Assembly: GCA_026461075.1 (NCBI GenBank)
Contig: JAPJNH010000164.1
Location: 12,432-76,431 of the forward strand
Reading direction: 5' to 3'
DNA length: 64,000 bases
From: Chitinophagales bacterium
GTDB taxonomy: Bacteria; Bacteroidota; Bacteroidia; Chitinophagales; CAIODY01
Shown: positions 18,576 to 29,024 of the stretch, in pieces
How the letters are laid out: every line of letters starts with the position of its first letter
Numbering within the stretch: the first letter of the stretch is position 1
The notes under the pieces: model-generated
What the model was told of the DNA's origin: nothing
Seen by the model: the letters and a program-made list of their open reading frames with translations, nothing else
Database searches by the model: none
Translations under genes and position numbers: made by a program

Positions 18576-20533
18576 TGCGATTACCCTTTTCAATAGCACT
18601 CCTATTCTCTCTTTTTATCTTAACGAACGATAGTGTCATTGCGCAACAAGCTAGTGATTTAGCATTTCCGATGCATATCACCTACAGTGCGGCTCCGACG
18701 AAAAAAATAGTTTTCAATTGGACGGCAGATACCAACTTCGCTACCATTTCCTTTTCGAAAAAATTAATGAATGCTAGTACCTGGGGGCCGACAAATACCT
18801 ACAGTGGAACGATTAGCAATTTTAATGACTTAGCGGTACAAAAAGGACTTCGTTACGAATATCACATCCAAATACAACGAAAGCATTCCTTACCGAGTGT
18901 CGATCAATATTTCTGTGGCGGCTTTGAAAGTGCCAACCAGAGCTCATTTGGCGAAATGATTGTATTGATCGATTCGACCTATGCCATCCCTTTACAAAAC
19001 GAATTACAACAATTACTATTAGATCTCACGGCAGATGCTTGGTGGGTACATCCCATTTATGTAAGTCGAACACAGAGCGTAGCCAACATTAAATCGCTGA
19101 TCCAAAATCTCTATCATAAGCGCCATGATTTACCTAGTGCATTATTGATTGTCGGTCATGTGCCAGTTCCTTATAGTGGCGATCTGAACCCTGATGGACA
19201 TCCGGATCACCAAGGCGCTTGGCCAACGGATTTATTCTATGCAGATATCGATGGTAATTGGACCGATAATAGCGTAAACAATACCGTTGCTAGTCGAGTA
19301 GAAAATCAAAATATCCCTGGCGATGGTAAATACGACCAAAGTAATTTACCGAGTGATGTAGAGTTGAGTGCTGGAAGAATCGACTTTTATAATTTACCAA
19401 GTTTTAGTAGTTCAGATACGAGTTTGTTGCAACAGTATTTGACTCGCTTGCACCAGTTTAAAACGGGATTGATTAGCTATCGCAAGCGGATGTTGGTAGA
19501 TGACAACTTCGGTTATTTTAACGGCGAAGCATTTGCGCAAAACGCCTATAGAAATGGATATGCTTGTGTGGGCGGAGACAGTACTCGTAACGGAGATTAT
19601 TTCACAACCTTAGCTGCACAAGATTATTTATGGTCGTATGCTTGTGGCGGAGGCAGTTATACGAGTGCAGCAGGGATTGGCACTACGCAAGACTTTTCGA
19701 ATGTTCCTTTGAATCACGCCTTCACGATGAGCTTTGGTTCTTATTTCGGCGATTGGGATGCCAGTGATAATTTTTTAAGAGCAGCACTTGCAGGTTCAAA
19801 TGGCGCCTTCACAAATTGTTGGGCCGGTCGACCGAATTGGTATTTCCACACCTTAAGCGCGGGAATGCCGATGGCTACTGCAATTACGAATAGTCAGAAT
19901 AATAGCGCTTTGTATGGTCCGTTGAACTATGGTTATTATGCTATCCATACAGAATTTCTCGGTGACCCGAGTTTACGTCAGGATTATTTCAGTGTGTGTC
20001 AGAATTTAAGTTCGCAAGCCATTTACAATAATAGCCGCGTACAATTGAATTGGTCGGCTAATCTAGGTAATAATGTTTTGGGCTATGAAGTATTACGTGC
20101 GAAAAATATTCAAGATTCTTTCTATGTGATTTCACATGGTATGATTGGCAGTTCTAGCTTTATTGATAGCTTTCCTTTATTGGGTACTAACGTCTATCAA
20201 GTGCGTGCGATTCGTTTAGAGCAGAGCATTTGCGGTAGCTATTACAATCACTGTTTAGGTATATTTGATTCGATTGCTAATATAACGCCAAACGGAATAG
20301 AGCCTTTAACTAACATAGCATGGAGCATTTATCCAAGTAGTATTACGGATAATGAATATTGGAATATAAATGGCAGCTACCCTACTTCTAGCCGTTTCAA
20401 ATTGTATGATGAAACGGGCGTATTACTTTGGAACGGAAATGCAGAAACGAATCGTATACCGTTTATACCTAAGCGTGCAGGCGTTTACTTCTTAGAAGCG
20501 AATGGTGTAACGAAGAAGGTTATGAAGTTTTAG
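18575..20533 (+). CDS. Secreted protein: FN3-like domains, gingipain/C25-like core, T9SS CTD
   Basis: Signal peptide; IVGHVPVPYSG, DLFYADIDG, GRID, LGDPSLR (C25-like); IYPSS...GVYFL CTD. Confidence 0.75.
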   Translation: MRLPFSIALLFSLFILTNDSVIAQQASDLAFPMHITYSAAPTKKIVFNWTADTNFATISFSKKLMNASTWGPTNTYSGTISNFNDLAVQKGLRYEYHIQIQRKHSLPSVDQYFCGGFESANQSSFGEMIVLIDSTYAIPLQNELQQLLLDLTADAWWVHPIYVSRTQSVANIKSLIQNLYHKRHDLPSALLIVGHVPVPYSGDLNPDGHPDHQGAWPTDLFYADIDGNWTDNSVNNTVASRVENQNIPGDGKYDQSNLPSDVELSAGRIDFYNLPSFSSSDTSLLQQYLTRLHQFKTGLISYRKRMLVDDNFGYFNGEAFAQNAYRNGYACVGGDSTRNGDYFTTLAAQDYLWSYACGGGSYTSAAGIGTTQDFSNVPLNHAFTMSFGSYFGDWDASDNFLRAALAGSNGAFTNCWAGRPNWYFHTLSAGMPMATAITNSQNNSALYGPLNYGYYAIHTEFLGDPSLRQDYFSVCQNLSSQAIYNNSRVQLNWSANLGNNVLGYEVLRAKNIQDSFYVISHGMIGSSSFIDSFPLLGTNVYQVRAIRLEQSICGSYYNHCLGIFDSIANITPNGIEPLTNIAWSIYPSSITDNEYWNINGSYPTSSRFKLYDETGVLLWNGNAETNRIPFIPKRAGVYFLEANGVTKKVMKF

Positions 20534-20662
20534 TGGCTTAATTCCTATTGCTTTTCATATTCTTTTCGGAGTTTTATATATAAAAATATAATAAGTTGTC
20601 CTTTTATACAACTTTCGTTTGTTAATTCTGAATAGAATAACACGCTTTCCTAATAAAAAGTA

Positions 20663-20697
20663 TTTTAATTTTTAATCCTTAATTCTTAATTCCTATT
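20663..20697. repeat. Degenerate 7-bp tandem repeat (5 units)
   Basis: TTTTAAT TTTTAAT CCTTAAT TCTTAAT TCCTATT. Confidence 0.7.
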
Positions 20698-23600
20698 GCC
20701 CTCCCGCACGAATTGCCTTGAAGTAGTCTTCTACAAGCTGCTTATAGTAGGGCGAAAATTCAGGAGGGACTGTTTGATAGCCTTCCATCATCGCTTGACG
20801 TTTCTTAATATAATCGAGGACGGCAGAAGGCAAAGCTGGCGTCTGATCTTGTGCGGCATGACTTTCGCGCTTTTGATCTTTGTCTTGCTCACGACTTGCG
20901 TCTTCCACTTCTAACAAACGAGTTTCAATTTGTTTTTGACGGAGCAGCATTTCATTCGTCAGTCGCTTATTCACTAACTGCGTTTCATTTAAATCCATCT
21001 GCTTCAACAACTGGTCGAGGTTACCATACTGTTGCTTACCGTCTTTATTGTACTGCTGATTAAATTCTTGTAAAGCCTTTCTCAACGCTGCTTGTTTCGC
21101 CGCAAGCTGTGCAAATTCTTTACTGCTTAACTGCGACTGTCCATGCTTTTGTTGTCCCTCTTGCTGCCCTTGTCCGCCACTACCACCAGCCGCGCCTTGC
21201 TTCTGCGCACCAGGTTTTTGACCAGGTTGTTCTCCAGGTTTTGGTTGCCCTTGTTTGCCCATCATCTTTTCCAAAGCATCGCGCATTTCTTTCGACATTT
21301 GATTGATGTCCTTCAATTGTTGACCAGCAGATTTCTTTCCACTCTTTCCTTGTCCGCTTCCGCCAGGTTTATTACAAGAACCAGATCCTGGCTTGCTTTG
21401 CTGGCTTTGTTGTTGCTGCATATTCTGCATCGTCTCATTCAACATCAAGGCTAAGTTATTTGCGCCGGTCATTATGTATTGTTGCTCCGATTGCGCAGCG
21501 CCGCTATTACGCTGTTCTAGATAATCCATCGCACGACTTTGATGCTTGTTTACCTCCGTCATCTGCTCCGTTACATATTTCTTCAATTGGAAGACCGTCT
21601 TCCCTAAAGAGTATAAAGAGTCTTCAATCAACTTCGCATCATCCTTTAGCTTGCGTTGTTGCTGCATGGCCTGTAAATAGGCAGGCGTATTAATGCTCAT
21701 CGTGGAAAGCTGCTTCATTAAAGCTTCTTGCTCAAAAGAGAACTGTAATAAATTTTCGAGCAACTGACGGATTGCGCGTAAATCCATCTCCAACTGCTCT
21801 GATTCAGCAGATTGCGACTTCTCCTCCATTTTTTGCTGCATCTTCTTCATCTTCTGTGCGGCTGAGGATTGCTTTTTAGATGCGCTACTGTTATTCTTTT
21901 GTTGTAATTGATCGGAAGCGTCTTGTTGATCTTGTTGCGCATCTTCCTGCTCCGCCTCTGTCTTAGCCAAATCCATTTTATTATTCAGCTGTTCATCCTG
22001 CTTTTTCAGGCTCTCCATTTGCTTCATCCACTCCTTATACTCCTTATTCAACTGATCTTGTTGTTGCTTTAAATCGGCACTCTTTTCTTGCGGAGCGAGT
22101 TCGGATTGCTTAGCCAACTCCGCTTGTTTGTCGGCCATCTCTTTCAACTTTTCCATAGCCATCTGCATCTGTTGATCGAGCTGCATCTGCTTGTACAAAG
22201 ACATCATACGATCCATCTGCTTTTGCTGTTGATCGCCTTCTTGTTGCTTCTCTTTTAATTCGCGCACGACATCATCCTTCGTCATTTGATCCATTTTATC
22301 AAGCAGCTGCTGCATATCTTTTGCTTGATTTTCATTTTTCATATCCTTCATCATCTCCTGCAAGGCTTCTAATTTTTCTTTCATCTCAGGAGTTAATGCA
22401 TTCAAATCATCGAGTCGTGTTTTGTTTTCTTCCAAAGCCTTTTGCATCGCTGAAAGCTTGTCCTCTAAGGCCTTTTGTTGTTTTTGCAAATTCTCTAAAG
22501 CTTTCTGATCTTCGAAAGAAAGATTTTTCTTCTGCAATAATTTCTCTTGCATATTCTTAATCTGATCACGGATTGCCTTAGCGTCTTTCAAGGCTTTCTC
22601 TAGATCTTTCTGCAAATTTTTGTTCGCATCCGCAATTGCTTTTTCCGTTTCATCAGAGGAGGCAAGCTTCAACTGCTTAAGCTCCGAACGTGCTGATTTA
22701 GGACCATGTATGCCGTCGTTATCCCAAGTGATCACATAATAATCTACGCGATCTCCGGGTGATAAGCCCAGTGTATTAAAGTCGAATGCGTATTGGAAAC
22801 TAATCTTGTTTTTACCACTGTATGGAATATTGATATAAGTCCATGCTTCATTCTTAGCGCCGCTCGCAAGGTGTAGTTGATAGGCTAATTGTAATTTAGA
22901 AATTCCATAATCGTCTTCAGATTTACCATAGAAATAACGCTGACGTTCCTTGATTGAATCGCTCAGCTCTTCACATTGTAGAACAGGATATTGATCTGAT
23001 TCGACATTCATCAAATAACTTACGCTATCGGCACGTAACATATCCTGATTAGCTGTGAACAGCTGATATGCACCCGCTTTACGGGCGATGGTACTTACTT
23101 TGAAATCATTGGATTCATTAGCTAACAAACGGCTAGAGTCAGGTAGAATCAATTGTAATTGAGAGGTATTCTGCGTATTGAATTTCCAGGTGATACGCGT
23201 TCCTTCTGGGATATTGAGATCTCCGGTTTGGCGTAATACTTCAGGGGCACGACCTGTATAAGCAGGATATTGCAAATCGACTTCGAAGCCGATGATTTGT
23301 GGACGAAGTACTACTTGTACCTCATACATTTTGGAATGAAACTCTCCTGCTTCAAAACGGAAAGAAACTGCTTTTTGTAAATTGCTTAAAGTATAGCTAA
23401 AGCGATTCACGCTTTCCTTCTTCATCTTATACAACTGTCCGTCCCAATTGATTTCCACTTCGTCAGGAAAAGCTTCTCCGCTTAATTCAACTTCAATCTT
23501 TAAATCATTCTGCTGCAAGACGCGCAGGTTTTTGGTGAGTAGATTAAAATGAAAAGGCGACTCTTTCTCGAACTCAACAGCTGGTTGAAATAAGCGCGCG

Positions 23601-24154
23601 CTAGGCTTTAGCAAAGCGTTTGGGGCAAACACTAATAAAAGCACCAAAGCCAAAACCGGGACGGCTGCATATGGAAGGTATTTCTTGTTGGTCTTTAAAT
23701 CCACCGCGTTCACAAATTCGAAAGGCTGTATCGAAGTCGTTTTCTGCTCGATACTTGCCAATAGCAATTCCATCGAAATCAAACTGGAGGTGCTTTTTTC
23801 GGCGTCTTGCTTTAGTTGTAATACCGTGAGTAGTTTATCTTGAATAGGCTCGAAATGTCTTCCGATGATGCGTGCTGCTTCTTCATACGACATGCCTTTC
23901 GCCAAACCGAAATAACCGAATACAGGACGGAATAAAAATTGAAAAAAAGTATACAGCCACAAGCCGATCCAAACTGCTAATAATAGCCAACGGATGTTAG
24001 AAGAAAAATAGAACTGATGTTCTAAGAAATTCATCCCCAAAAAGCTGATTAGAAGGAGCGCGACAGATAATAGCAGGCCTCGTATAATCTGGTTGAGATA
24101 ATACTTCCTTACAAAGGCGTCGAGTTTCTTTATGAGTAGATCAGCCTGGTTCAT
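20693..24154 (-). CDS. DUF4175-like membrane-anchored long coiled-coil protein
   Basis: KLDAFVRKYYLNQIIRG N-terminus, TM helices, DDYGISKL and WDNDGIHGPK motifs, Q/K/E-rich coiled coil, PYYKQLVEDYF end; start ATG 24154. Confidence 0.85.
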   Translation of the reverse strand: MNQADLLIKKLDAFVRKYYLNQIIRGLLLSVALLLISFLGMNFLEHQFYFSSNIRWLLLAVWIGLWLYTFFQFLFRPVFGYFGLAKGMSYEEAARIIGRHFEPIQDKLLTVLQLKQDAEKSTSSLISMELLLASIEQKTTSIQPFEFVNAVDLKTNKKYLPYAAVPVLALVLLLVFAPNALLKPSARLFQPAVEFEKESPFHFNLLTKNLRVLQQNDLKIEVELSGEAFPDEVEINWDGQLYKMKKESVNRFSYTLSNLQKAVSFRFEAGEFHSKMYEVQVVLRPQIIGFEVDLQYPAYTGRAPEVLRQTGDLNIPEGTRITWKFNTQNTSQLQLILPDSSRLLANESNDFKVSTIARKAGAYQLFTANQDMLRADSVSYLMNVESDQYPVLQCEELSDSIKERQRYFYGKSEDDYGISKLQLAYQLHLASGAKNEAWTYINIPYSGKNKISFQYAFDFNTLGLSPGDRVDYYVITWDNDGIHGPKSARSELKQLKLASSDETEKAIADANKNLQKDLEKALKDAKAIRDQIKNMQEKLLQKKNLSFEDQKALENLQKQQKALEDKLSAMQKALEENKTRLDDLNALTPEMKEKLEALQEMMKDMKNENQAKDMQQLLDKMDQMTKDDVVRELKEKQQEGDQQQKQMDRMMSLYKQMQLDQQMQMAMEKLKEMADKQAELAKQSELAPQEKSADLKQQQDQLNKEYKEWMKQMESLKKQDEQLNNKMDLAKTEAEQEDAQQDQQDASDQLQQKNNSSASKKQSSAAQKMKKMQQKMEEKSQSAESEQLEMDLRAIRQLLENLLQFSFEQEALMKQLSTMSINTPAYLQAMQQQRKLKDDAKLIEDSLYSLGKTVFQLKKYVTEQMTEVNKHQSRAMDYLEQRNSGAAQSEQQYIMTGANNLALMLNETMQNMQQQQSQQSKPGSGSCNKPGGSGQGKSGKKSAGQQLKDINQMSKEMRDALEKMMGKQGQPKPGEQPGQKPGAQKQGAAGGSGGQGQQEGQQKHGQSQLSSKEFAQLAAKQAALRKALQEFNQQYNKDGKQQYGNLDQLLKQMDLNETQLVNKRLTNEMLLRQKQIETRLLEVEDASREQDKDQKRESHAAQDQTPALPSAVLDYIKKRQAMMEGYQTVPPEFSPYYKQLVEDYFKAIRAGGQ

Positions 24155-24248
24155 AGCCTTTTCCAAAGATGCATAAAAATCGTCAAATACTCAGGGCCAA
24201 AATGTTAATGATTTATCCTACATTTGTTTAGTATTAAAATATCTGAAA

Positions 24249-25016
24249 ATGGAACGTAGTCCGATAATTTCAGTAAGCGATTTGCGCAAAAGTTATGGTG
24301 AGTTTGAGGCTGTAAAGGGCATTAGTTTTGATGTCTATGAAGGAGAAATATTTGGCTTACTTGGACCAAACGGTGCCGGTAAAACAACAACCTTAGAAAT
24401 CATGGAAACGCTCCGGGATAAAAGTGCTGGAAAGGTACTAATCAACGGGCTTTCGGTAGATGATGCGCAGAATCAAATCAAACAAATTATTGGCGTTCAA
24501 TTACAGGCTGCGGGCTTCTACCCTGGTTTGCACTTATTAGATTTATTAGAATTATTCTCCGGGCTATACAACGTGCAGATCGATCCGATGGCGATTTTAG
24601 AAAAAGTGAATCTGTCAGAAAAAGCAAAAGCAAAATACAAAGACCTGAGTGGCGGTCAGAAACAGCGTTTCAGTATTGCCACAACTTTAATCAATACGCC
24701 GAAAATTATCTTCCTCGACGAACCAACTACTGGTCTCGACCCGCAAGCACGTCGTAACCTATGGGATTTAATTCGTCAGGTACGCGATAATGGAACGACA
24801 GTCATGATTACCACGCACTATATGGACGAAGCGGAGCAGCTATGTGACCGTGTAGGGGTGATGGACAAAGGAACTTTAATCGCTTTGGATACACCAGACA
24901 ATTTAATTGATCAACTGGTTGCAAAGGGATTCGTTCGTCCGAAACAAGTCAAGCAAGCGAATTTAGAAGATGTGTTTTTAGATTTGACAGGCGTGGAATG
25001 GCAAGCAGAATCATAA
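24249..25016 (+). CDS. ABC transporter ATP-binding protein (ABC-2/DrrA-like)
   Basis: GPNGAGKTT, LSGGQKQR, FLDEPTTGLDP, TTHYMDEA. Confidence 0.95.
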   Translation: MERSPIISVSDLRKSYGEFEAVKGISFDVYEGEIFGLLGPNGAGKTTTLEIMETLRDKSAGKVLINGLSVDDAQNQIKQIIGVQLQAAGFYPGLHLLDLLELFSGLYNVQIDPMAILEKVNLSEKAKAKYKDLSGGQKQRFSIATTLINTPKIIFLDEPTTGLDPQARRNLWDLIRQVRDNGTTVMITTHYMDEAEQLCDRVGVMDKGTLIALDTPDNLIDQLVAKGFVRPKQVKQANLEDVFLDLTGVEWQAES

Positions 25017-25021
25017 GAAGA

Positions 25022-26662
25022 ATGCAGAAAGGTAAGTTGTGGATTTTGGGTTTAGTTGCAGTGTTCGTTTTAACGGCCGCTGGTGAAAGCTATTTTGAAG
25101 TCAATAAAAACCTCGAACTGTTTTCTTCCTTTTATAAAGAGTTGCTAAGTAACTACGCCGACCCTGTTGACCAAGAAAAAGTGGTGAAGAGTGGTATTGA
25201 TGCGATGTTAGCTTCACTTGATCCTTATACGACCTATATCCCAGAGAGTGATATGGCGAATTATAAATTTCAAACCACTGGCAAGTACGGTGGGATTGGC
25301 GCTACGGTTCGTGATCTCGGTGATTATATTGTGATTGCCGAACCTTATGAAGGCTTCCCTGCACAAAAGGCCGGATTAAAAGCTGGAGACGCTATTATAA
25401 GTATTGATGGAACTGATTGTAAAGGAAAAAGTGTGGATGATATTTCACATTTCTTAAAAGGCCCTGCAGGCTCGATTATTAATATTACGATACAACGTCC
25501 TGGTCAGAAAGATTTACTCAGCATTCCGCTACAACGTGAAGAAATACATTTGAACGCGGTGAGCTATGCAGGAATTTTAGATGGGCAAATTGGCTATATT
25601 CGTTTCACACAATTCACTGACAATAGCGCTCGCGATTTAGAACGTGCACTCAATCAGTTAAAGAAGGAGAATAGCGCAATTAAAGGCTGGATACTTGATT
25701 TGAGAGGTAATCCTGGTGGCTTATTGACAGAGGCTGTGGACGTGACGAATTTATTTGTCCCTAAAAACAGTTCAATTGTCAGTACGCGTGGTAGAAAACC
25801 TAGCTCTACTAAAATGTTCAAAGCCTTGAATGAGCCTTTTGATGAGAACACTCCGTTGGTAGTGCTTACTGCGCGTAATTCGGCTTCGGCAAGTGAAATC
25901 GTGGCAGGTGCCATTCAAGATTTAGATCGTGGTATTATCGTTGGCCAACGAAGCTTTGGCAAAGGTTTGGTACAAACGACCTTCCCATTGACCGGTTTAC
26001 GTGCGCAAGTTAAAATCACTACAGCAAAGTATTATACCCCAAGCGGCAGATGTATTCAAGCACTCGACTATTCGCATCGTAACGTAGATGGATCGGTAGA
26101 TAAAGTAGCAGACTCCTTGAAACACGCTTTCCAAACGATGAAAGGGCGGACGGTATATGACGGAGGCGGAATCGAACCAGATGCAGCAGTAACGGCGAAA
26201 GAATACAGTCAATTACTCAGTGTATTGGTTGCTAAAAATTTATTATTTGAATATGCTACACAGTATGTTCTAAATCATCCAGTAATCGGTTCGGTGAAAG
26301 ATTGGCAATGGAATAAGATTGCAGATTTAGAGCAATTTCTACAGACACGTTCCTTTACCTATGAGGCTACTGCAGAAAGTGAAATTGCATTATTAGAAAA
26401 GAAGGCGAAGGAGAATGGAGAACAAGAATTACTAGAAGAATTAAAGGCTTTTAAAGCATCCTTACACCGTTCGCTACATGAGTCATTGCAAGAAAATAAA
26501 TCAGAACTCAGCGAATTATTGAGTACAGAGATTGCCAGTCGCTATGCCTTACAGAAAGGGCGTTTCCAGAACGCGCTCCAATTCGATGCAGACATTAAAG
26601 AGGCCACTCGTCTATTGAAAGACAAGTCGGCGTATGAGCAATTATTACAATTGAAAAAGTAA
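25022..26662 (+). CDS. S41 family C-terminal processing peptidase (PDZ plus S41)
   Basis: LDPYT, YGGIG PDZ, LDLRGNPGG, SASASEI, FGKGLVQ; start ATG 25022. Confidence 0.94.
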   Translation: MQKGKLWILGLVAVFVLTAAGESYFEVNKNLELFSSFYKELLSNYADPVDQEKVVKSGIDAMLASLDPYTTYIPESDMANYKFQTTGKYGGIGATVRDLGDYIVIAEPYEGFPAQKAGLKAGDAIISIDGTDCKGKSVDDISHFLKGPAGSIINITIQRPGQKDLLSIPLQREEIHLNAVSYAGILDGQIGYIRFTQFTDNSARDLERALNQLKKENSAIKGWILDLRGNPGGLLTEAVDVTNLFVPKNSSIVSTRGRKPSSTKMFKALNEPFDENTPLVVLTARNSASASEIVAGAIQDLDRGIIVGQRSFGKGLVQTTFPLTGLRAQVKITTAKYYTPSGRCIQALDYSHRNVDGSVDKVADSLKHAFQTMKGRTVYDGGGIEPDAAVTAKEYSQLLSVLVAKNLLFEYATQYVLNHPVIGSVKDWQWNKIADLEQFLQTRSFTYEATAESEIALLEKKAKENGEQELLEELKAFKASLHRSLHESLQENKSELSELLSTEIASRYALQKGRFQNALQFDADIKEATRLLKDKSAYEQLLQLKK

Positions 26663-28015
26663 TTATTCAGCGCTTAATAAGTCGCGAATAATAGTTTGTA
26701 CTTCTGGCGTATTCCATTTATCCATTACCTGCTCAATGCTAGCCAATTCATTCAAGTAATGATCATGACGTTGACCTGCTTGATAGGCTTGCGCATAAGA
26801 GATATGCGGAGAGAAAGTTACCTGTGCATACAAACTCAAGAAGCTTGGATTTTCTTTGCTGATGCGCGATTCAATTTGCTTGCGTAACAAGAATTTCGGA
26901 TCACCTGTTTTATCACGCATTTCGATGAAGTTGTCTAGGGCAAGTTGCGCCACCGCATCTCCATTAGGTTTACGTAAGCGACTGAAGTTATTGAATACTT
27001 CGGTCCAATTATCGTCTCCCAAAGATTCCATTAACTCATCCAGCACTACGCAATCTTCGAAGCCGCAGTTCATCCCTTGTCCGTAGAAAGGAACAATCGC
27101 ATGTGCCGCATCTCCGATCAAACACACTTTGTCTTTGTAGTTCCAAGGATTGCAACGCACGATAGACAAAGATGAAGTAGGATTAGCATGCCAATCTTCT
27201 AAATAGCTTGGCATCATAGGTAAAGCATCCGCAAAATATTCCTGCATGAAAGCAGTGATCTCTTGGTCGGTATTCAACTTAGAGAAAGATACTTCGCCTT
27301 CGAAAGGTAAAAATAAAGTACAGGTAAAGCTACCATCCAAGTTAGGCAAAGCAATTAGCATAAAGCTTTTGCGCGGCCAGATATGTAAGGCGGTCTTCTC
27401 CATTTGAAATCCACCATTCGCATCTGGAGGAATCACTAATTCTTTATATCCACTTTCGATATAGGTTTGCGAATAATCGAAGCGATCTGTTTTTGTTTGT
27501 AGAGAATGGCGGACAGGACTAAAAGCACCATCTGCACCAATCACCATATCCGGCGTACGTTCTACCACTTCCCCACTTGCTTCGTTCAACACTTTTGCCT
27601 TCGCACTTTTAGGATCTACATCTATACAACGGTGTTCAAAATGAATTTTGATATTTGGATATTGATCAGCCAATTCCATTAGGCGCATATTGATACCACC
27701 ACGGCTCACGCTATAAATGGCTTGCCCTTCTTTTCCATAAGGTTGGAACGACTGTGAGCCATCCATATGGTGTATTTGACGGCCATACATTGGAATAGCT
27801 ATCTCGCGAATAGCATCTTGCAAACCTGCACCGGCAAGGCCTCTGAAGCCACGGTCGCTCAGTGCCAAATTGATACTTCTTCCAGCAGAGATTCTGTTCT
27901 TACGCATGTCTACACGACGTTCGAACAAATTCACTTCATGTCCACGTTTAGCTAAGTAAATAGAGACAAGACTGCCGATCAGTCCACTTCCCATTACATC
28001 AATTTGTTTCTTCAT
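26663..28015 (-). CDS. kmo: Kynurenine 3-monooxygenase (FAD-dependent)
   Basis: GSGLIG, GRSINLALSDRG, YKEL, ALHIWPR, GDAAHAIVPFYGQGMNCGFED, NFIEMRD. Confidence 0.9.
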   Translation of the reverse strand: MKKQIDVMGSGLIGSLVSIYLAKRGHEVNLFERRVDMRKNRISAGRSINLALSDRGFRGLAGAGLQDAIREIAIPMYGRQIHHMDGSQSFQPYGKEGQAIYSVSRGGINMRLMELADQYPNIKIHFEHRCIDVDPKSAKAKVLNEASGEVVERTPDMVIGADGAFSPVRHSLQTKTDRFDYSQTYIESGYKELVIPPDANGGFQMEKTALHIWPRKSFMLIALPNLDGSFTCTLFLPFEGEVSFSKLNTDQEITAFMQEYFADALPMMPSYLEDWHANPTSSLSIVRCNPWNYKDKVCLIGDAAHAIVPFYGQGMNCGFEDCVVLDELMESLGDDNWTEVFNNFSRLRKPNGDAVAQLALDNFIEMRDKTGDPKFLLRKQIESRISKENPSFLSLYAQVTFSPHISYAQAYQAGQRHDHYLNELASIEQVMDKWNTPEVQTIIRDLLSAE

Positions 28016-28056
28016 AACAGCGAGGTTCTTTGTTTACAGGGGAAACAAATATAAAA

Positions 28057-29010
28057 TTAGATATTAAGCAATTGGATGATTCTTGTCAGGTCGTCGTCAC
28101 TAGCAAAAGGAATGCTAATTTCTCCTTTTCCATTTGGCTGACGAGTCATTTTGATACGTGTACCCAACTTAGTGGTCATTTGCGCTTGAATCTTCAAATG
28201 CCCAGGTGTTAGTCCGTTTGCATCTGCACCGCTCGGCGTTTTGAGTGCTTTCGCAGCACCACCGCGTACGGCTTTGATGGATTGCACGTACATCTCCATC
28301 TGACGAACAGAGAATTTATTTTCAATCAATTTTTTATATGCCAATAATTGTTGATCGACATGTTCCAAACCATTGATAGCACGTGCATGTCCCATAGAGA
28401 TCTTACGTTCTTTCAACGCGATTTGAATTACTTCAGGCAACTTCAACAAATTCAAGAAATGCGTTACAGTACTACGATTTTTGCCTACGCGAGCCGCCAC
28501 TTGTTCATCCGTCAAGGCACATTCTTTCTTCAAACGTTGGTAGGTAATCGCAACTTCAATATCATTTAAATCTTCACGTTGAATATTCTCTACCAAGGCC
28601 ATTTCGACCATTTCTTGATCGTTGGCTGTACGGATATAGGCAGGCACTTCCGTTAAGCCAGCAAGCTTACTTGCACGCAAACGGCGTTCACCCGAGATCA
28701 ACTGATATTTATATTCTTGGCCAGTAATACGACGAAGCGTAATAGGCTGAATCAGACCATGTGTTTTGATAGATTCAGAAAGGTCATTAAGTGCTTGCTC
28801 GTCAAAATCAACACGTGGTTGAAACGGATTCACTTCGATTTCTGTGAGCTTTACAAGATCGATTGCAACAGCATTATTAGCAGGTTCTCCAGCGAAAGCT
28901 GCAGCAGCGCTATTATCTGCGTTACGGCCTTTAGGAGCGACCACATCTTCATCAATACCTTGCAATAAGGCACGTATTCCTTTTCCTAAACCTTCTTTTT
29001 GTTTGGACAT
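28057..29010 (-). CDS. parB: ParB/Spo0J chromosome partition protein
   Basis: GLGKGIRAL, NPFQPR, ISGERRLRA, ALVENIQREDL. Confidence 0.96.
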   Translation of the reverse strand: MSKQKEGLGKGIRALLQGIDEDVVAPKGRNADNSAAAAFAGEPANNAVAIDLVKLTEIEVNPFQPRVDFDEQALNDLSESIKTHGLIQPITLRRITGQEYKYQLISGERRLRASKLAGLTEVPAYIRTANDQEMVEMALVENIQREDLNDIEVAITYQRLKKECALTDEQVAARVGKNRSTVTHFLNLLKLPEVIQIALKERKISMGHARAINGLEHVDQQLLAYKKLIENKFSVRQMEMYVQSIKAVRGGAAKALKTPSGADANGLTPGHLKIQAQMTTKLGTRIKMTRQPNGKGEISIPFASDDDLTRIIQLLNI

Positions 29011-29024
29011 ATTCTCGTGGTATA

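Noticed and set aside
20570-20600. dif-like site
   Set aside because: Poor match to the XerD arm TTATGTTAAAT; probably just AT-rich DNA.
21000-22650. CAG/CAA-rich low-complexity DNA with many plus-strand ORFs
   Set aside because: Explained by the Q/K/E coiled coil of the minus-strand gene; the plus-strand ORFs are antisense shadows.
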